Source: the human T2T-CHM13v2.0 reference genome, Homo sapiens. Taken from it: 64,000 bases of DNA. The notes below the pieces were generated by a model, which did not search any database, had not been told where the DNA came from, and saw only the letters and a list, made by a program, of their open reading frames with translations. Shown piece by piece: positions 26,700-40,467 of this stretch. The stretch's first letter is position 1, and every line of letters begins with the position of its first letter. The DNA lies in the NCBI RefSeq assembly GCF_009914755.1, contig NC_060925.1; one strand, written 5' to 3'. A program made the position numbers and the translations under genes.

Positions 26700-26800
26700 T
26701 GACCCTATTAAGTTGTTGTAGAGATTAAAGTTATTTCATCATACAGAATGCATAGCATAATGCAAGCCAAATATTCAATATATCAGTGTGATGATGATGA
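26700..26800 (+). mobile_element. MIR 3' fragment
   Basis: gttgttgtagagattaaa...gcatagcataatgc. Confidence 0.4.
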
Positions 26801-28077
26801 TAAAAGCATAACAAACAAAAGTGAGTAATCTTGTAAGTCGAAACAGAGGTTGCTCTTTCAGCCATTGTTTGTTGTTAGTTTTTAAACAATTTTGATATGA
26901 ATTTATAACTTCTTAATCTGTGTCCTAAAGATGATTCTAATAATTTTGTAGTGTGCTGCCCGAAATTATTGTTCTGTTGATTATTGTTAATAAGAATAGA
27001 GAATTTTTCTAGTTGTCCCAGGAAAATTATGCTAATTAGAAATGTCTGAGTTTTTGCTTCTCCTGAGATTAATTTATTCATCATAATCAGTTAATCTCTA
27101 TTCTTTACATAATTAGATAGCTTATGGCGGAGAGAAAGACCCTTTAGTTCTCTTAGAATGAAGAAGAATACTGTAGCTGACACTAGTGAACCTTAGAAGT
27201 TAGCTCAAAACCTTCTTAGCATATAGCATCCGTAATTGCATACTGATTAATGCTGCTATCATTGTTTTCCTAAGTAGGAGAAGACTTCAAGAAATATTAG
27301 GAAATTGACTCTGAAAAAGTACAGTCGTCTCATTATGGGCAGTATTCTTTTGTTTTATGAGTTATTCAGAAACTAATATTAGTACAGATATACTTTATGA
27401 AAATATTCCATCTCTGCTACTTTCCTCATGCAGCCTAACAAGCTAGATCACTACATATTATCTCTGAATGAGATATCATTACTGTTGTATTATTCTGGTT
27501 CTTTAATAGAGAAGGATGAGAAGAAGAAAGTCATACATTTTAAAGGTGAATAAATTCAATCAGTTGGCAATATAGAGTGAAAAAGTAAGTATAAGTAGGA
27601 AGAATGCAATTGACTTAACAAACGATCATTATTTTAGTAGAACATCCATTATCCCAGGAGGGGATGAGGGCCAGTGTCATTTAATTCCAAATCTCTTTTT
27701 TATAAACAACTGAAATAATCAAAAAACTTATCTCCCAGAATTTCATTAAAAGAACCACTCAAATATGTATTTCAGGAAAAAAACAACTTCAGCCTAGAAG
27801 TGTGTACTGAAAGGCAAGAAGAAGAAATATTCAAAGATATTGGTATAAAATTGGATATATTCAAATACATAGCTATTAAGCAAAATAGTTGATAATTTTG
27901 GTTAAGGTAGTGTATGAAAGTGACATGCCCCTAAAATATTGGAAGAGCATAACATGTAAGTTTGGCAAGGCAGAAGCACCAATTCTTTCAAAGTATTTTC
28001 AACACTTACATAGTTTAAGAGAAGGGCAGAATCAAAGAAAGTGATTGAATTGATTACAAAAATTGTTAGTTTTCCTA

Positions 28078-28130
28078 CATATATATATATACACACACAC
28101 ACACACATATATATATGTTTATATATATAT
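28078..28130. repeat. (TA)n(CA)n(TA)n compound microsatellite
   Basis: Directly visible. Confidence 0.9.
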
Positions 28131-28209
28131 TAAATCCCAATATTTTATCATAAATTTTAATCAAATTCAGTATTAATAAAATATGATTTGTAAAAATTGA
28201 CATCTTAGG

Positions 28210-28601
28210 TGATATAGTTTAGATGTTTTGCCCCCTCCAAATTTCATGTTGAAATGTGACCTCCAATGTTGGAGGTGGACCTAGTGGGAGGTGTTTGAGC
28301 CATGAGGGTGGATCCCTCATGAATGGCTTGATGCTCTTCCCGTGGTTATGACTGAGTTCTCACTCTATGAGTTTATCAAGAGCTGATTATTTAAAAGAAC
28401 CTGGTACCACTCTTAACATGAATTACTCTTGCTTCCCCTTTGCCTTCACTGACTGTAAGCTTCCTGAGGCCTTCACTAGAAGCTGGGAAGATGCCACACC
28501 ATGCCAGTAGGGCCTGGAGAACCATGAGCCAAATAAATTTTTTTTCATAAATTACCCAGTCTTGAATATTCCTTTATAGCATTGCAAAATGGACTAACAC
28601 A
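28210..28601 (+). mobile_element. MSTB-like MaLR solo LTR
   Basis: TGATATAGTTT...ggatccctcatgaatggcttg...AATAAA...GGACTAACACA; degenerate 5-bp TSD ttagg/ctaag. Confidence 0.88.
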
Positions 28602-28651
28602 CTAAGCATATGCATTCATTAGTAAAAGACATTCACAAATTTTAAAAATTC

Positions 28652-29095
28652 CAGCACTATTCACATTAGGAAAGATATGGAATCAACTCAAATGCCCATC
28701 AATGATAGACTGTATAAAAAAAATGTGATACATATACACCAGGGAATACTATGCAGCCATAAAAAGGAACGAGATCATGTCCTTTGTGGAGACATGGATG
28801 GAGCTCAAAGCCATTATCCTCAGCAAACTGACACTGGAACAGAAAACCAAACACTGCATATTCTCATTTATAATTGGGAGCTGAACAATGAGAACACATA
28901 GACATAGGGAGGGGAACAACACACAATGGGGCCTGTGGGGGTCGGGTGTGGGGAGAGCATCCAGATAAATAGCTAATGCATGGGGGCTTAATACCTAGGT
29001 GATGGGTTGAAAGGTGCAGCAAACCATCCTGGCACACATTTACCTATGTAACAAACCTGCACATCCTGCTCATGTATCCTGGAACTTAAATATTT
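28652..29095 (+). mobile_element. L1PA10-13-like 3' end
   Basis: End of ORF2 plus 3'UTR (aatagctaatgc..gggcttaatacctaggtgatggg, gtaacaaacctgcacatcctg). Confidence 0.85.
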
Positions 29096-29134
29096 TTTTA
29101 AATTAAGTGTTACTGTACTCAATTTTTGTTCATT

Positions 29135-31405
29135 TTGGTTTATTTTATTTTATTTTTTTACTTTCAACTTTTATTACAGATTCAGGGAGTGCATGTGCAG
29201 GCTTGTTACATGGGTATATTGCATTATGCTGAGGTTTGAGGTATAATTGATCTCATCACCTAGGTAATAAGCATAGTATCCCATAGTTAGTTTTTCAACT
29301 CTTGCTCCTTTCCTCCCTCCCCAGTCCAGTAGTCCCCAGTGTCTATTACTGGCATCTTTATGTTCATGAATACTCAATATCTAGCTCCTAGTTGTAAGTG
29401 AGAATATGCAGTATTTGGTTTTCTATTCCTGAGTAAATTTGCTTAGGATAATGGCCTCCAGCTGTATCCATGTTGTTTCAAAGAACATTATTTTCTTTTT
29501 TATGGCTGCATGGTATTCCACAGTGTATATTACCACAATTCCTTTATCCAGTCTGCTGTTTAAGGGCACCAAAGTTGATTGCATGTCTTTGCTATTGTGA
29601 TTATTGCTGCAATGAACATATAAGTGCATGTGTCTTTTTGTTAGAACAATTGATTTTCTTTTGGATATATACCCGTAATGAGATTGCTGGGTTGAAGAGT
29701 AGTTGTATATTAAGTTCTTTCAGAAATCCCCAAACTGCTTTCCACAGTGGTTGAATTAATTTACATTCCTACCAATGGTGTATAAGTGTTCCATTTTCTC
29801 CATAGCTTCACCAGCATTTGTTGTTTTTAGACTTTTTAATAATAGCCATTCTTCCTGGTGTGGGATGGTATCCTATTGTGGCTTTGATTTATATTTCTGT
29901 AATGATTATTGATTTGGAGCATTTTTTCTTTTTTTTTTGCCACTTACATGTCTTCTTTTGAGAAGTGTTTATTCATGTTTTTTCCCCACTTTTTAATGGG
30001 GTTATTTGCTTTTTGCTTGTTGAATTGTTTAAGATTCTTACAGATTTTAGATATTAGACCTTTGTCAGATGCATAATTTATGAATTTTTTCCTCCAGTTC
30101 TGTAAGCTGTCTCTTTATTCTGCTGATAGTTGCATTTGCTGTGTGGAGCTCTTTAGTTTAATTATGTCTCACTTGTCAATGTTTGTTTCTGTTGCAACTG
30201 CGTTTGAGGATTTAGTCATAAATTCTTTCCCAAGATTGATGTCCGGAATGTTGTTTCCTAGGTTTTCTTATAGGATTCTTGTAGTTTGAGGTCTTACATA
30301 TGAATTTTTAATGCATCTTGAATTAATTTTTTGTATATGGTGAAATATAAAAATCCAGTTTTATTCTTTTGCATATGGTTAGCTATTGGGGGAACCTGCC
30401 CCCAATATTTCAACGTAGGCAAAACCAGCAAGTTTTATTAAGGATTTCAAAAGGGGAGGGGGTTCAAGAACAGGGATTAGGTCATAATATCACATGCTTC
30501 AAAGGGCAAAAAGGAGAACAAAGATCACATGCTTCTGAGGAAACAGGACAAAAGGCAAAACAGAACTACTGATAAGGGTCTATGTTCAGCCATGCACGTA
30601 TTGTCTTGATAAACATCTTAAACAACAGAAAACAGGGTTCGAGAGCAGAGAACCGATCTGACCTCAAATTTACCAGGGTGGGGTTTTTCCCCACCCTAGT
30701 AAGCCTGAGGATACTGCAGGAGACCAGGGCGTATTTCAGTCCTTATCTCAACCGCATAAGACAGACACTCCCAGAGTGGCTGTTTATAGACCTCCCCCCA
30801 GAAATGCAATTCTTTTCCCAGAGTATTAAAATCAATATTCCTTGCTAGGAAAATAATTTAGCGATATCTTCCTTACTTGCACGTCTGTATAGGCTCTCTG
30901 CAAGAAGAAAAATATGGCTCTTTTTGCCCAACCCTGCAGGCAGTCAGACCTTATGGTTGTCTTCCCTTGTTCCCTAAAATCGCTGTTATTCTGTTCTTTT
31001 TCAAGGTGCACTGATTTCATATTGTTCAAACATGCATGTTTTACAATCAATTTGTACAGGTAACACAATTGTCACAGGGTCCTGAGGTGACATACATCCT
31101 CAGCTTATGAAGATAATAGGATTAAGAGATTAAAGTAAGACAGGCATAAGAAATTATAAGAGTATTATTTGGGAAGTGATAAATGTCCATGAAATCTTCA
31201 CAATTTATGTTCCTCTGCCACGGCTCCAGCCACTCCCTCCGTTCAGGGTCCCTGACTTCTTGCAACAGTTAGCCAGCTATCCCAGCATCATTAATTGAAT
31301 AGGGAATCCTTTCCCCACTGCTTATTTGAATCAACTTTGTTGAAGATCAGATGGCTGAAGGTATGAGACTTTAAGAGTTCTCTTTTCTGTTCTGTTGGCC
31401 TATGT
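29135..31405 (-). mobile_element. L1PA15/16-like 3' portion, split by MER11
   Basis: T-rich tail, gatgctgaggtttg-type 3'UTR, ORF2 remnants; resumes at 31274 after the LTR. Confidence 0.85.
30384..31267 (-). mobile_element. MER11 (MER11C-like; HERV-K11/HML-8) solo LTR
   Basis: Minus strand starts TGTTGCAAGAAGTCAGGGACCC and ends ..TTCCCCCAATA; perfect 6-bp TSD GTTAGC at 30378-30383 and 31268-31273 (typical ERVK length). Confidence 0.93.
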
Positions 31406-31550
31406 GCCCTCTTCTAAAGTATCTAATCTTCTATACATTTTGATGTATTTGTAGAGTTACTGTGTGAATAGCTCTTCTTCTATATTAATCTAATTTTGTG
31501 TATTTTCCCTATTTCTTGAAGTGGCTTTAGATTTTAAAAAATACTGCTTT

Positions 31551-31848
31551 AGCCACTGCACCTGTAATCTTGGCTACTTGGGAGGCTGAGGTGGGTTGAC
31601 TGCTTGAGACCAGGAGTTTGAGATCAGCCTGGGCAGCATAGCAAGACGCTCAGTCTCTGAAACAAACAAACAAAAAACCTAGGTAAGTATGGTGGCTTGA
31701 GCCAATAGTGCCCACCCAGGGGACAGATGTAGGAGGATTGATTGAACACATGAGTTTGAGGCAGCAGTGAGCTATAATCATTTCACAGCATTCCAGTCTG
31801 GATGACAGAGTTAGAACTCTTCTCTAAAAAATAAATAAATAAATAAAT
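31551..31848 (+). mobile_element. AluJ, diverged
   Basis: gcttgagaccaggagtttgag / gagtttgaggcagcagtgagctat J diagnostics; (AAAT)n tail. Confidence 0.85.
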
Positions 31849-32669
31849 ATATTGCTCTAAAAAATAAAAAAAATATATAAATATATTGCTCTATATTATG
31901 GAATATTAATTACTGAATATATATTTAGCAGTTTTAATTGTATAAGAAGTATTACATATACATTATTATTCTCCAAAAACAAAATAACTAGGTATATACA
32001 CTGAAATATGGTGACTATTTTCAAATTTCAAAAGTTGGTCATCAGATTTATAGATGATTATGTATCACCTGGGTACTATACAGTAAACATGTAATCTGTG
32101 TAAAAGTCACAACATAAAGCTTCAATTCTATCAATACTCAATAAAACTACTATATTAAATGTACTTTATACATAGATATGAATAATGCATAACAAACAAG
32201 TGTATTTCAAATACTTAGGTGATGAGGGCAAATTTTGTCAAAGAGTAGAAATTTCAAATCAACCATAATGTGTCAAATAAGTTGGAAAATTTAATAGAAG
32301 ATTTCTGATGTGTAAGTCTGCATATTGGCAAAATCTAGAACACTTTGCAAACAGTCATTAAAACAAATACATTGAAAATAATAAGATGTTATTCAGTGAA
32401 TGGCAAGGCTATAAGATGACAGCACTGGACAATGTTAACATACACTAAGCCCTGTCAAAATTTAACACTGTCTAAATTTGGGACATTAAAAAAATATCTT
32501 TCTATCAAATGAATTCCTACCATTTCTGATCATTGTCATCTCAGATTCCTAGACAAACTAGAAATAGAACACGGTGTACAGAATCAGAAAAAAATGGTCC
32601 ACAAAAAGGATCCACACAACTCTATGCCCATGCTTGTACTAACACACTTGTCCCATGTTTATTGTATTT

Positions 32670-33300
32670 ATTAAGCATTATTGTGTACCTCCTTTATATA
32701 AAGAAAAGTATTTAGCATTGATGGATGTATAGTACAAGAGTAAGATAATCTCAGCCATGTGGGAACTCACAGTCTAATGGCATAAAGACATGAAACACAT
32801 TCTGATGATGCAACATTATATTTTTTTAAAATAAGACTATGGCTGCTATGACAGCCAAAGGATGATATATAATTAATTTGGCATGAAGGAGACATCTGGG
32901 AAACTTGGATAGAAGGAGTAACATTTTAACTGAATCAAAAAGGATAGATACAAGTTTGCCAGTTAGGCAAGGTTCTAGGAATATTTAACTATAGGCGGAA
33001 TACCTCTCTTCTTTCTCTCTCTCTCTCTTTTTCTGTCTCTCTACCTCTCTCTCTCTCACACACACACACGCACACACACACACACACACATACACACAAA
33101 AAGAGGCTCAGTGACTCTGATTAGGGTAAGAGAATGAGAGAGAAATAAGAGGTGAGTTATAAACGAATTATGCAGATACTTGAATGCAGTGTCTGGACTT
33201 TATTCTGTGAGTACTGGTTATCCATTAACAAATTTCTTGTGCAGGGACTGTTGTGATCAAAAGTATTTTAGAAAGGTCATGTTAGAAAGGTACAGACCTA
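32670..33300 (-). mobile_element. LINE-2 fragment containing a microsatellite
   Basis: tttattaagcatt, gaactcacagtctaatgg, ggactttattctgtgagtactgg L2 motifs. Confidence 0.55.
33003..33097. repeat. (CT)n(CA)n compound microsatellite
   Basis: Directly visible. Confidence 0.92.
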
Positions 33301-34959
33301 GCTTTGAGAATGATGGATTTAAGACAGAAAAATGGCCATCTTTTTCACTATTTCCATCAGAGTGAATGGCATGATTTTCCATGTACTATCTCAAACCTGG
33401 TAGACATTTTGTCTCTACTCTCTTATTTAATCCATCACCAAGTGCTGTCTTATCTGTGCCCTGAAGTCCAAATTCTCTGTAACTGTATTGAGAAGATGAG
33501 TATTTCTAACCTGTGTTACATGAACAATCATATCATTGAGCCTTATGTCTTCATTCTTGACTGCCTTTCCCTGGAATTCATTCTCCCATATGACCATAGA
33601 GATGTTGCTAAAATACAAATCTTCACTGAAGAAAATCCATTAATATTTTTTGATTTTACTTAGAACAAAGTACAAAATCCATGCTATATCATAGAAGGGC
33701 CTTAATGATCTGGTGCTTACATAAATTCTCTGCCTTAGATCTTTATCTTTCTTTGCTCCCTTAGGTTATCTCTTTTGTTTCCTAACAACACAGAAATTTT
33801 CATATTGTAGTCAATGTTGTATTTTTAATCACCTGTCTAAACTATTATAGAAAACAACTAATTTCTGAGTAAAAAGACACTTCTATAGAGTTGTTTCCCA
33901 GCACCTAACAAAACAAATGGAAGGCAAGAGTATATATTAGAAAATACTTATTGAATTCATTTGGAATCTAGGAAAAAGAAAAAATGATTATTTACACTAA
34001 GTTAAAATACGGGAAATAACAATTAGAAAAAATGTTTATGAATATTGTCGTTCAAGATTTGGTGATTAAGATGATTTTAATGTTTCCAGATTATTCATTT
34101 GGGTGACACATGATTTCATTAAATAACTTGATTTTCTTTATAAAGCACTATTTTGGAGCAAGCTTCCAGCAAATCAAGGCAAGGTAGTAGTGGTGTCATG
34201 AGGATATTATGTAAGGACATGTTCAGAGGAGCATGGATGTACTTTATTTGGTCTTTACAAAAACTCTTTGACATTATTTCAATTTTATAGATCATGAACC
34301 TTATAGTATTTAATAAAGGGTTTGATCTGGGACAAGAAATCAGTTCTTTCTGACTTCAAGGCCCGTACTCTTAATCATGAGTCTGGGTTGCCTACAAGTA
34401 ATAAAAGAGGGAGGAGATTTTTTTTTTTTTTAATGCCTGAGAGTAATTCTTAGAAGTAAGTTTAAAGAAGGGCTGGTTCTATACAATACACAGAAATATA
34501 AATTTAAGACCAAGTGGAAGGCCAAAATCAAATAATCAAGATTCTATGAATAATAACATGAAATAAATGTCATTTCAGAGATACCTATCCTTGAACTATA
34601 CCCTGGTAAGAGTGGGCATCTATTCTTTATGACAGGAGTCACTATCAATATAATTTAGGCCTGCAGAGAGATGTTTTCTGAGAGAAACCAATAGGACTAT
34701 TAACCAGAAGCTAAAGACAGGTATCACTATCACCAGATGTTATCTATGGAAGACACATGTAGAGACTCTGCCTGGGAGAAAATGCTGATTGAAAATTCTC
34801 TCTGTCCATGTGTGAGTGATTTTATACATTTGACTCCCTCTTATGATAGATTTTTCTTAGAAGAAAGAATAGACCCCAAAAGATTAATATGAAGACTGAG
34901 GAGGCTTCACGAGCATGTCAGGTGATTTATGGCAGGCTTGAATTGGAGCTTAATCAGAG

Positions 34960-35307
34960 TGTTACCAGTAGAGGGTGTCCAGGTTCTTGGCATCTTGAAC
35001 AAAGAATTGGACAAAACGCACAAACGAAGCAAGGAAGAAATGAAGGGATTGAAAATTAAAGTACACTCCACAATGTGGGAGCAAGCCTGAGCATAGGGGC
35101 TCAAGGGCCCCGTTACAGAATTTGTAGGGGTTTAAATACCTTCTATGGGTTTCCATTGGTTACTTGGTATATGCCCTATGTAAAAGAGAGGATGAAGTAA
35201 AGTTACTTATATTTGGCGTATGCCCTATGGAGAGGCTATTTCCCGTCATAGCTGAAGTGTGAATCGGCTTTATGTTCCCTTCCCCCAGACCCTATTTTCC
35301 TGCCTCA
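34960..35307 (-). repeat. MER61 3' LTR
   Basis: TGAGGCAGGAAAATAG...CTGGTAACA on minus strand. Confidence 0.9.
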
Positions 35308-37571
35308 TTTTCTCTCTGAGAGACGTGATCCCCATAAATCTTTATAAGAGGCAGAGGGACCCACAGTCTTTCTTCTATAACTGCTTCATGCTGGCTTGAG
35401 ATGTAGCTCCTACCGACTGAGTATCACAGTACTCACCCTGCTCTGTCTAGTGGGGACAGGGTTTCCTTGATGGTCAGGGGTGGTGTCTTTCACCTGGAAC
35501 TGGCTGGAACCCTTGTCACATGATCATCTGAAGCTTGATGGTCTCTAGGCAAGAGGAAATGAATTTCGTTAAAAGATTTAATGGGAACTTCAAGGAGTGG
35601 ATACCTGTGCTGTCAAGAATGTTTGTTATAGAGATTTGTATGAGAAAAACAAAACCTGGTTTGTGTTGTGTTCTAGGATCTATGTGTTCCCTTAAAGTCT
35701 TAGCTCAAGCAACTCCATTATAGTTTGGTTTGGTCTGTTGGAGCCTAGTGCATGAGCTCAGTCCAAAACAATGGCCTTCCATAACTTTGTTTTAAAAAAT
35801 CCCCCTTTTTGGTCAGGTTCTCACTTAGGTGAGAGGGTAACCAAAACTTAGGGCCTTAATACCACTCTCAGTTACCATCATTTTGGGTTTCAGTCTTAGC
35901 ACATCATTCATAGGTTATGGTGTCCTCATGGTTGCTCATTTCTTTCAGCTCTTGTTATTTCCATTGAAGAGAGACCGTATGACACTCTAGAGATGGCTGC
36001 ATGCAAACATTCAAAACCTTTGAGAGAATACAGCATGCCAGGAAGACTATTATTACGACTAATGGGAAGATAATACCAAGAATTTGGAGTATACTCCTTA
36101 CCCAAGGTCCCCATAAACTGAACTTCCTAAAATCAAATAGATCAAAGAATGAGCTAGATAAACAGTTTACTACTTAACTAAGCAGTCCCTTTGCAAATTC
36201 TCTACCACTGAATTTCTATAATCTTCATTTGATGTATTTTTCCATAGGCCACAAGTATTAGCAGCTGCACAGATAATTTTCTGTTCAGCAAATTCTATTA
36301 TAACTTTCACAAGACAATTTAAAGTCTTTGTGTAACTGTAGCCTTTACAGTAAAATTTGAGCCTATCATGAGGTGTACATTTCTAATCATTGCTTTTTCA
36401 CTTTAAACCAAGGAAAAAGGACCTAACAAATGATGCTCTTCTGGAAGAGTGAAGGCCTACTGGCAATGTTCTCTTTAACCCATGATGTGGGCTAAGAGGA
36501 GTGAACCAATAAATAAAATAATAAAATAATCCAAATTGAATACACTGGTGTGGTAACTTACAAATTACTAAAATAGCTTATAACCAATGCTTGACCCCAT
36601 ATTCCTGGGAAAACAATTAAAGCTTTAGGCACATTTGGTCACCTGGTGGGTCATTAAACATTTTGTAAAGGGATTTCATCCAATCATTATTTTCAATGCA
36701 TGTCTTCTGGTTGTATAAAAGCTTTCCCATGCAAGAGGGCTGATGTTGTAACAATAGAAGCTCTTATCATTATTAAACCAATTAATTAAAGTTCTTTTGT
36801 TTTAACTAAAACTTTACAGAAGAGATAAACTGTGACTTTTACCTTTCATTTAACCAGTCTGCACAGAAAGAAAGAGGCCAGAGTCTGGTAAGAAATTCTC
36901 ACACTTTTGCAGGCATGTCAGATTTAGGGTTATCTCTCCCTGAGCGGCTCTAGTGGCCCTGCTTGACTGTATGCAGACAAACACATTGCCATGAATTAAG
37001 AATATTCACAAAGAGTTTACAAATTTTGAATAAATTAGGCAGATAGATAAATATGACTCAAATTCTATTTACCAAAGTATACTCAACACTCTTAAAGTAT
37101 CAGGAAACTTAAAATCCAAAAAGTTAGTTTAAGGGTAAAAGACTGGTGCGCTCCATCAATTCCTGTGGGCCGATAAAGGTAGCCTAGAAATTCAAGATAA
37201 ATGGAAAGTAAACAGCAACCAAATTAAAACTAGAAGCAAAAACAAATAAACATAAAACCAACCCTAAATTTTTCCTGGTTAATCTACCCTGGAGGCTACA
37301 GTGTTACATAGGGCCCCAAAAAACCCACATGATGAATATTTTATTTCTGATACAAAATGTAATATCCTTAAGTTCACCAATATTATTATACATTCTGTGC
37401 AATCAAGAAATTCACTTAAGGCACATGACCAATAAATACTCTAGCACTGTCCACACAAAACAGTAAACATAGTGTAAAGCAATGCAAGCATGCTTGTGAA
37501 ATTTGGCTCCTCACTAAATCCAGCTTCATGCTTAACTATATTTTAAAAAAATTGTCAAACTGCCGATGCAT

Positions 37572-37864
37572 TTTTTTTTTTTTTTGAGATGGAGTCTCGC
37601 TCTGTCTCCTAGGCTAGAGTGCAGTGGCACGATCTCAGCTCACTGAAAGCTCTGTCTCCCTGGTTCACGCCATTCTCCTGCCTCAGCCTCCCGAGTAGCT
37701 GGAACTACAGGTGCCCACCACCACACCCGGCTAATTTTTTTTATTTTTTAGTAGAGACAGGGTTTCACCGTGTTAGCCAGGATGGTCTCGATCTGACCTC
37801 GTGATCTGCCCTCCTCGGCCTCCCAAAGTGCTGGGACTACAGGTGTGAGCCACTGCGCCTGGCC
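37572..37864 (-). mobile_element. AluY-like, inside the MER61 internal region
   Basis: cacgccattctcc and gtgttagccaggatggtctcgatc AluY diagnostics; TSD GCATTTTTT at 37568 and 37865. Confidence 0.93.
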
Positions 37865-37897
37865 GCATTTTTTAACAATACTTCTTATTTTGCTTTA

Positions 37898-38251
<354 letters not shown>

Positions 38252-38638
38252 CTATCAGGTTTTAAAAATATATTATTTAAACTTCTTCCATAGATGACTT
38301 CTGAATTAGAAAAAGAAAAATAATTCTTTTCTCACTAATAACATAGCCTTTGCTGGCACATTTTGTATACAGAATTACTTGCTAACTAGAATTATTAACC
38401 TTAGTAACATAAAACTTCAGTGAAACCCTAAAAAGCAAGAATTCCTGAACTATCAGATATGGGCATTTATAGATAAAACAATTCCACAATTTAAAAAATA
38501 TATTTTCCCATATCATAACCCTTTCTTAATCAGAAATGACCCAGATATTAAATGAGGAAAAATAAGATTGTAATTTACACAAAAGTTTACCTAAAACGTT
38601 TATCCCATTCATCTTACCAATTCTTTCACTTTTAACAA

Positions 38639-38894
38639 GGGAGACATGAGACAGCAATCAACATACGTAAAATGTATATTGGTTTGGTCTGGAAAGGCGA
38701 GAAAACTCAAAGTAGGGTAGGGGGATTGCGGCTTCCAGGTTCACAGGTAGGTGGGAGACAAATGATTATATTTTTCTGAGGTTCCAATTAGCCTTTCCAA
38801 AGGAAGGAATCAGATATGCATTTAGCTCAATGAGCAGAGGGATGACTTTGAATAGAATGGGAGGCAGGTTTGCCCTAAGCGTTCCCAGCTTGAA
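38639..38894 (-). mobile_element. Internal fragment of a MER4A-like LTR
   Basis: ggagacatgagac..caatcaa, tctggaaaggcg, gagcagagggatgactttgaatagaatgggaggcaggtttgccctaagc match recalled MER4A; flanked by TTAACAA direct repeats. Confidence 0.7.
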
Positions 38895-40267
38895 TTAACA
38901 ATGACATTTTAAAATATCTAGCAAAGACAAACATAAAATTCAGATAAAATGTATGCTGACAATTCTGAAGGCATTTCTATTTTTATTTTACCAATAATTT
39001 TAAAGCTAGCTTGTTTAATAAAGTTATACTTAAGTCATGTAAACTTGAAAATTGCAAAATTGCGTAGACTTATCTACTTAATTTATGAGCACTCTTTTCT
39101 TTATAAGCCAATTTGGTAGACATAATAGACACAACATATAACAATAAATGTACATACAAATAAACACATCTAGACATGTATACACACACATAAATGAAAA
39201 ATCCAATAGCTTGGAAGCTTAGCCATGAGATAGCAATACAAGCTTGTCGGTTTTGCATTGTTTGCCCTAATAATCCAATGAAGGCTGTGAATCAAAATTT
39301 CGGGTAAAGCCACCTCCAGGACAGTTTGATTTTTAAAGGCCAAACCTCCTCAGACTCCAAAGAGCACTGGGGCCAAACAGCAGCAAAGGAGGATGTCACA
39401 TGTTAAGGCACAAAAACCTGGATTTATGCAATGCCACTTCACTTTATTTGACAATGAACTCCAGATTCCAAAAAATTTTGGAGCCAAACAGCATTGCAAC
39501 TGCAAGAGAAAATTCTAAGGACTTATTACCAGACTTCAGAACCTCTGCCAAGAGCGTTCCCTTTGGGGAGGTTGAGGTCCTCAGGATCCCCCAGAGTGTC
39601 CTCCCATGGGGTCCAATCTTAGAGTGTCAGATGTCTCTGACCTTAGGTGGACACCAGTGCCACTTTGCACGCTTTCCCTCCAGAGCCTGTGAGCTTTCCT
39701 TTGGTCCCTGGGTGTAATCCCCAACTTTTAGCATTCTTATAATTTGATAAGGCCATGCTTTCCCATGCTTCTTGTTCCATGAACTTTAATAATAGGAATC
39801 AGAGGCTGGGTGGGGTTTCTTTTGCCCTTAGTCAGTTGAACAGGGGAAGGGAAGAATTTAGCATATGAAAAGAAGGTGTAGGTCGTCTGAAACATGTGTG
39901 AGTTTGCTCTGAGCTGTGCCACATGTAGGGATCAGGGAACATACCTGGAAAGGATAAAAAAAAGGAGTCATTTCCCTTTCTGGGTAGGGCAATTATTCCC
40001 ATTCGTTCCTATGCCTTCAGGCAATACCAGGAAGTGATCCCAGCCAATTGCCCTCAATTTCCAAGGAGCTACTAGGAAACAGCTGCTGAAAGACGGAAAA
40101 GGAAAAAAGAAATGATGAAAAAGACCCAGGTCCCTTAAGTGAACCGGTCGGTGGCGGTTAGGTGCCTCCACATGAAAACCCCTTAGTTTCACTGGCCACA
40201 GCCAGAAACTTGCAGTTGCTTCCATGTTTAGGCACTGCCCACGAAGGGTCCCAAGTAGGAGAGGAAA

Positions 40268-40320
40268 AGAGAAAGAGAGAGAGAGAGAGAGATTCCCCTG
40301 TATGGAGCCCAAATAGGAAA

Positions 40321-40363
<43 letters not shown>
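40268..40363. repeat. (GA)n tracts in a duplicated unit within the MER61 leader
   Basis: (GA)n-GATTCCCCTGTATGG occurs twice. Confidence 0.85.
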
Positions 40364-40367
<4 letters not shown>

Positions 40368-40444
40368 ATTCCCCTGTATGGTGCAGAAAGGTAAGGGGAA
40401 AGGAGAAAAATCCTAAAATTTGGGCCTACTTTCTCCCGGAATTT

Positions 40445-40462
40445 CTCCTGGCTGGCTCACCA
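40445..40462 (-). promoter_or_regulatory. PBS, tRNA-Arg(ACG)-type
   Basis: TGGTGAGCCAGCCAGGAG on minus strand (17/18 to TGGCGAGCCAGCCAGGAG). Confidence 0.85.
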
Positions 40463-40467
40463 ATGTA

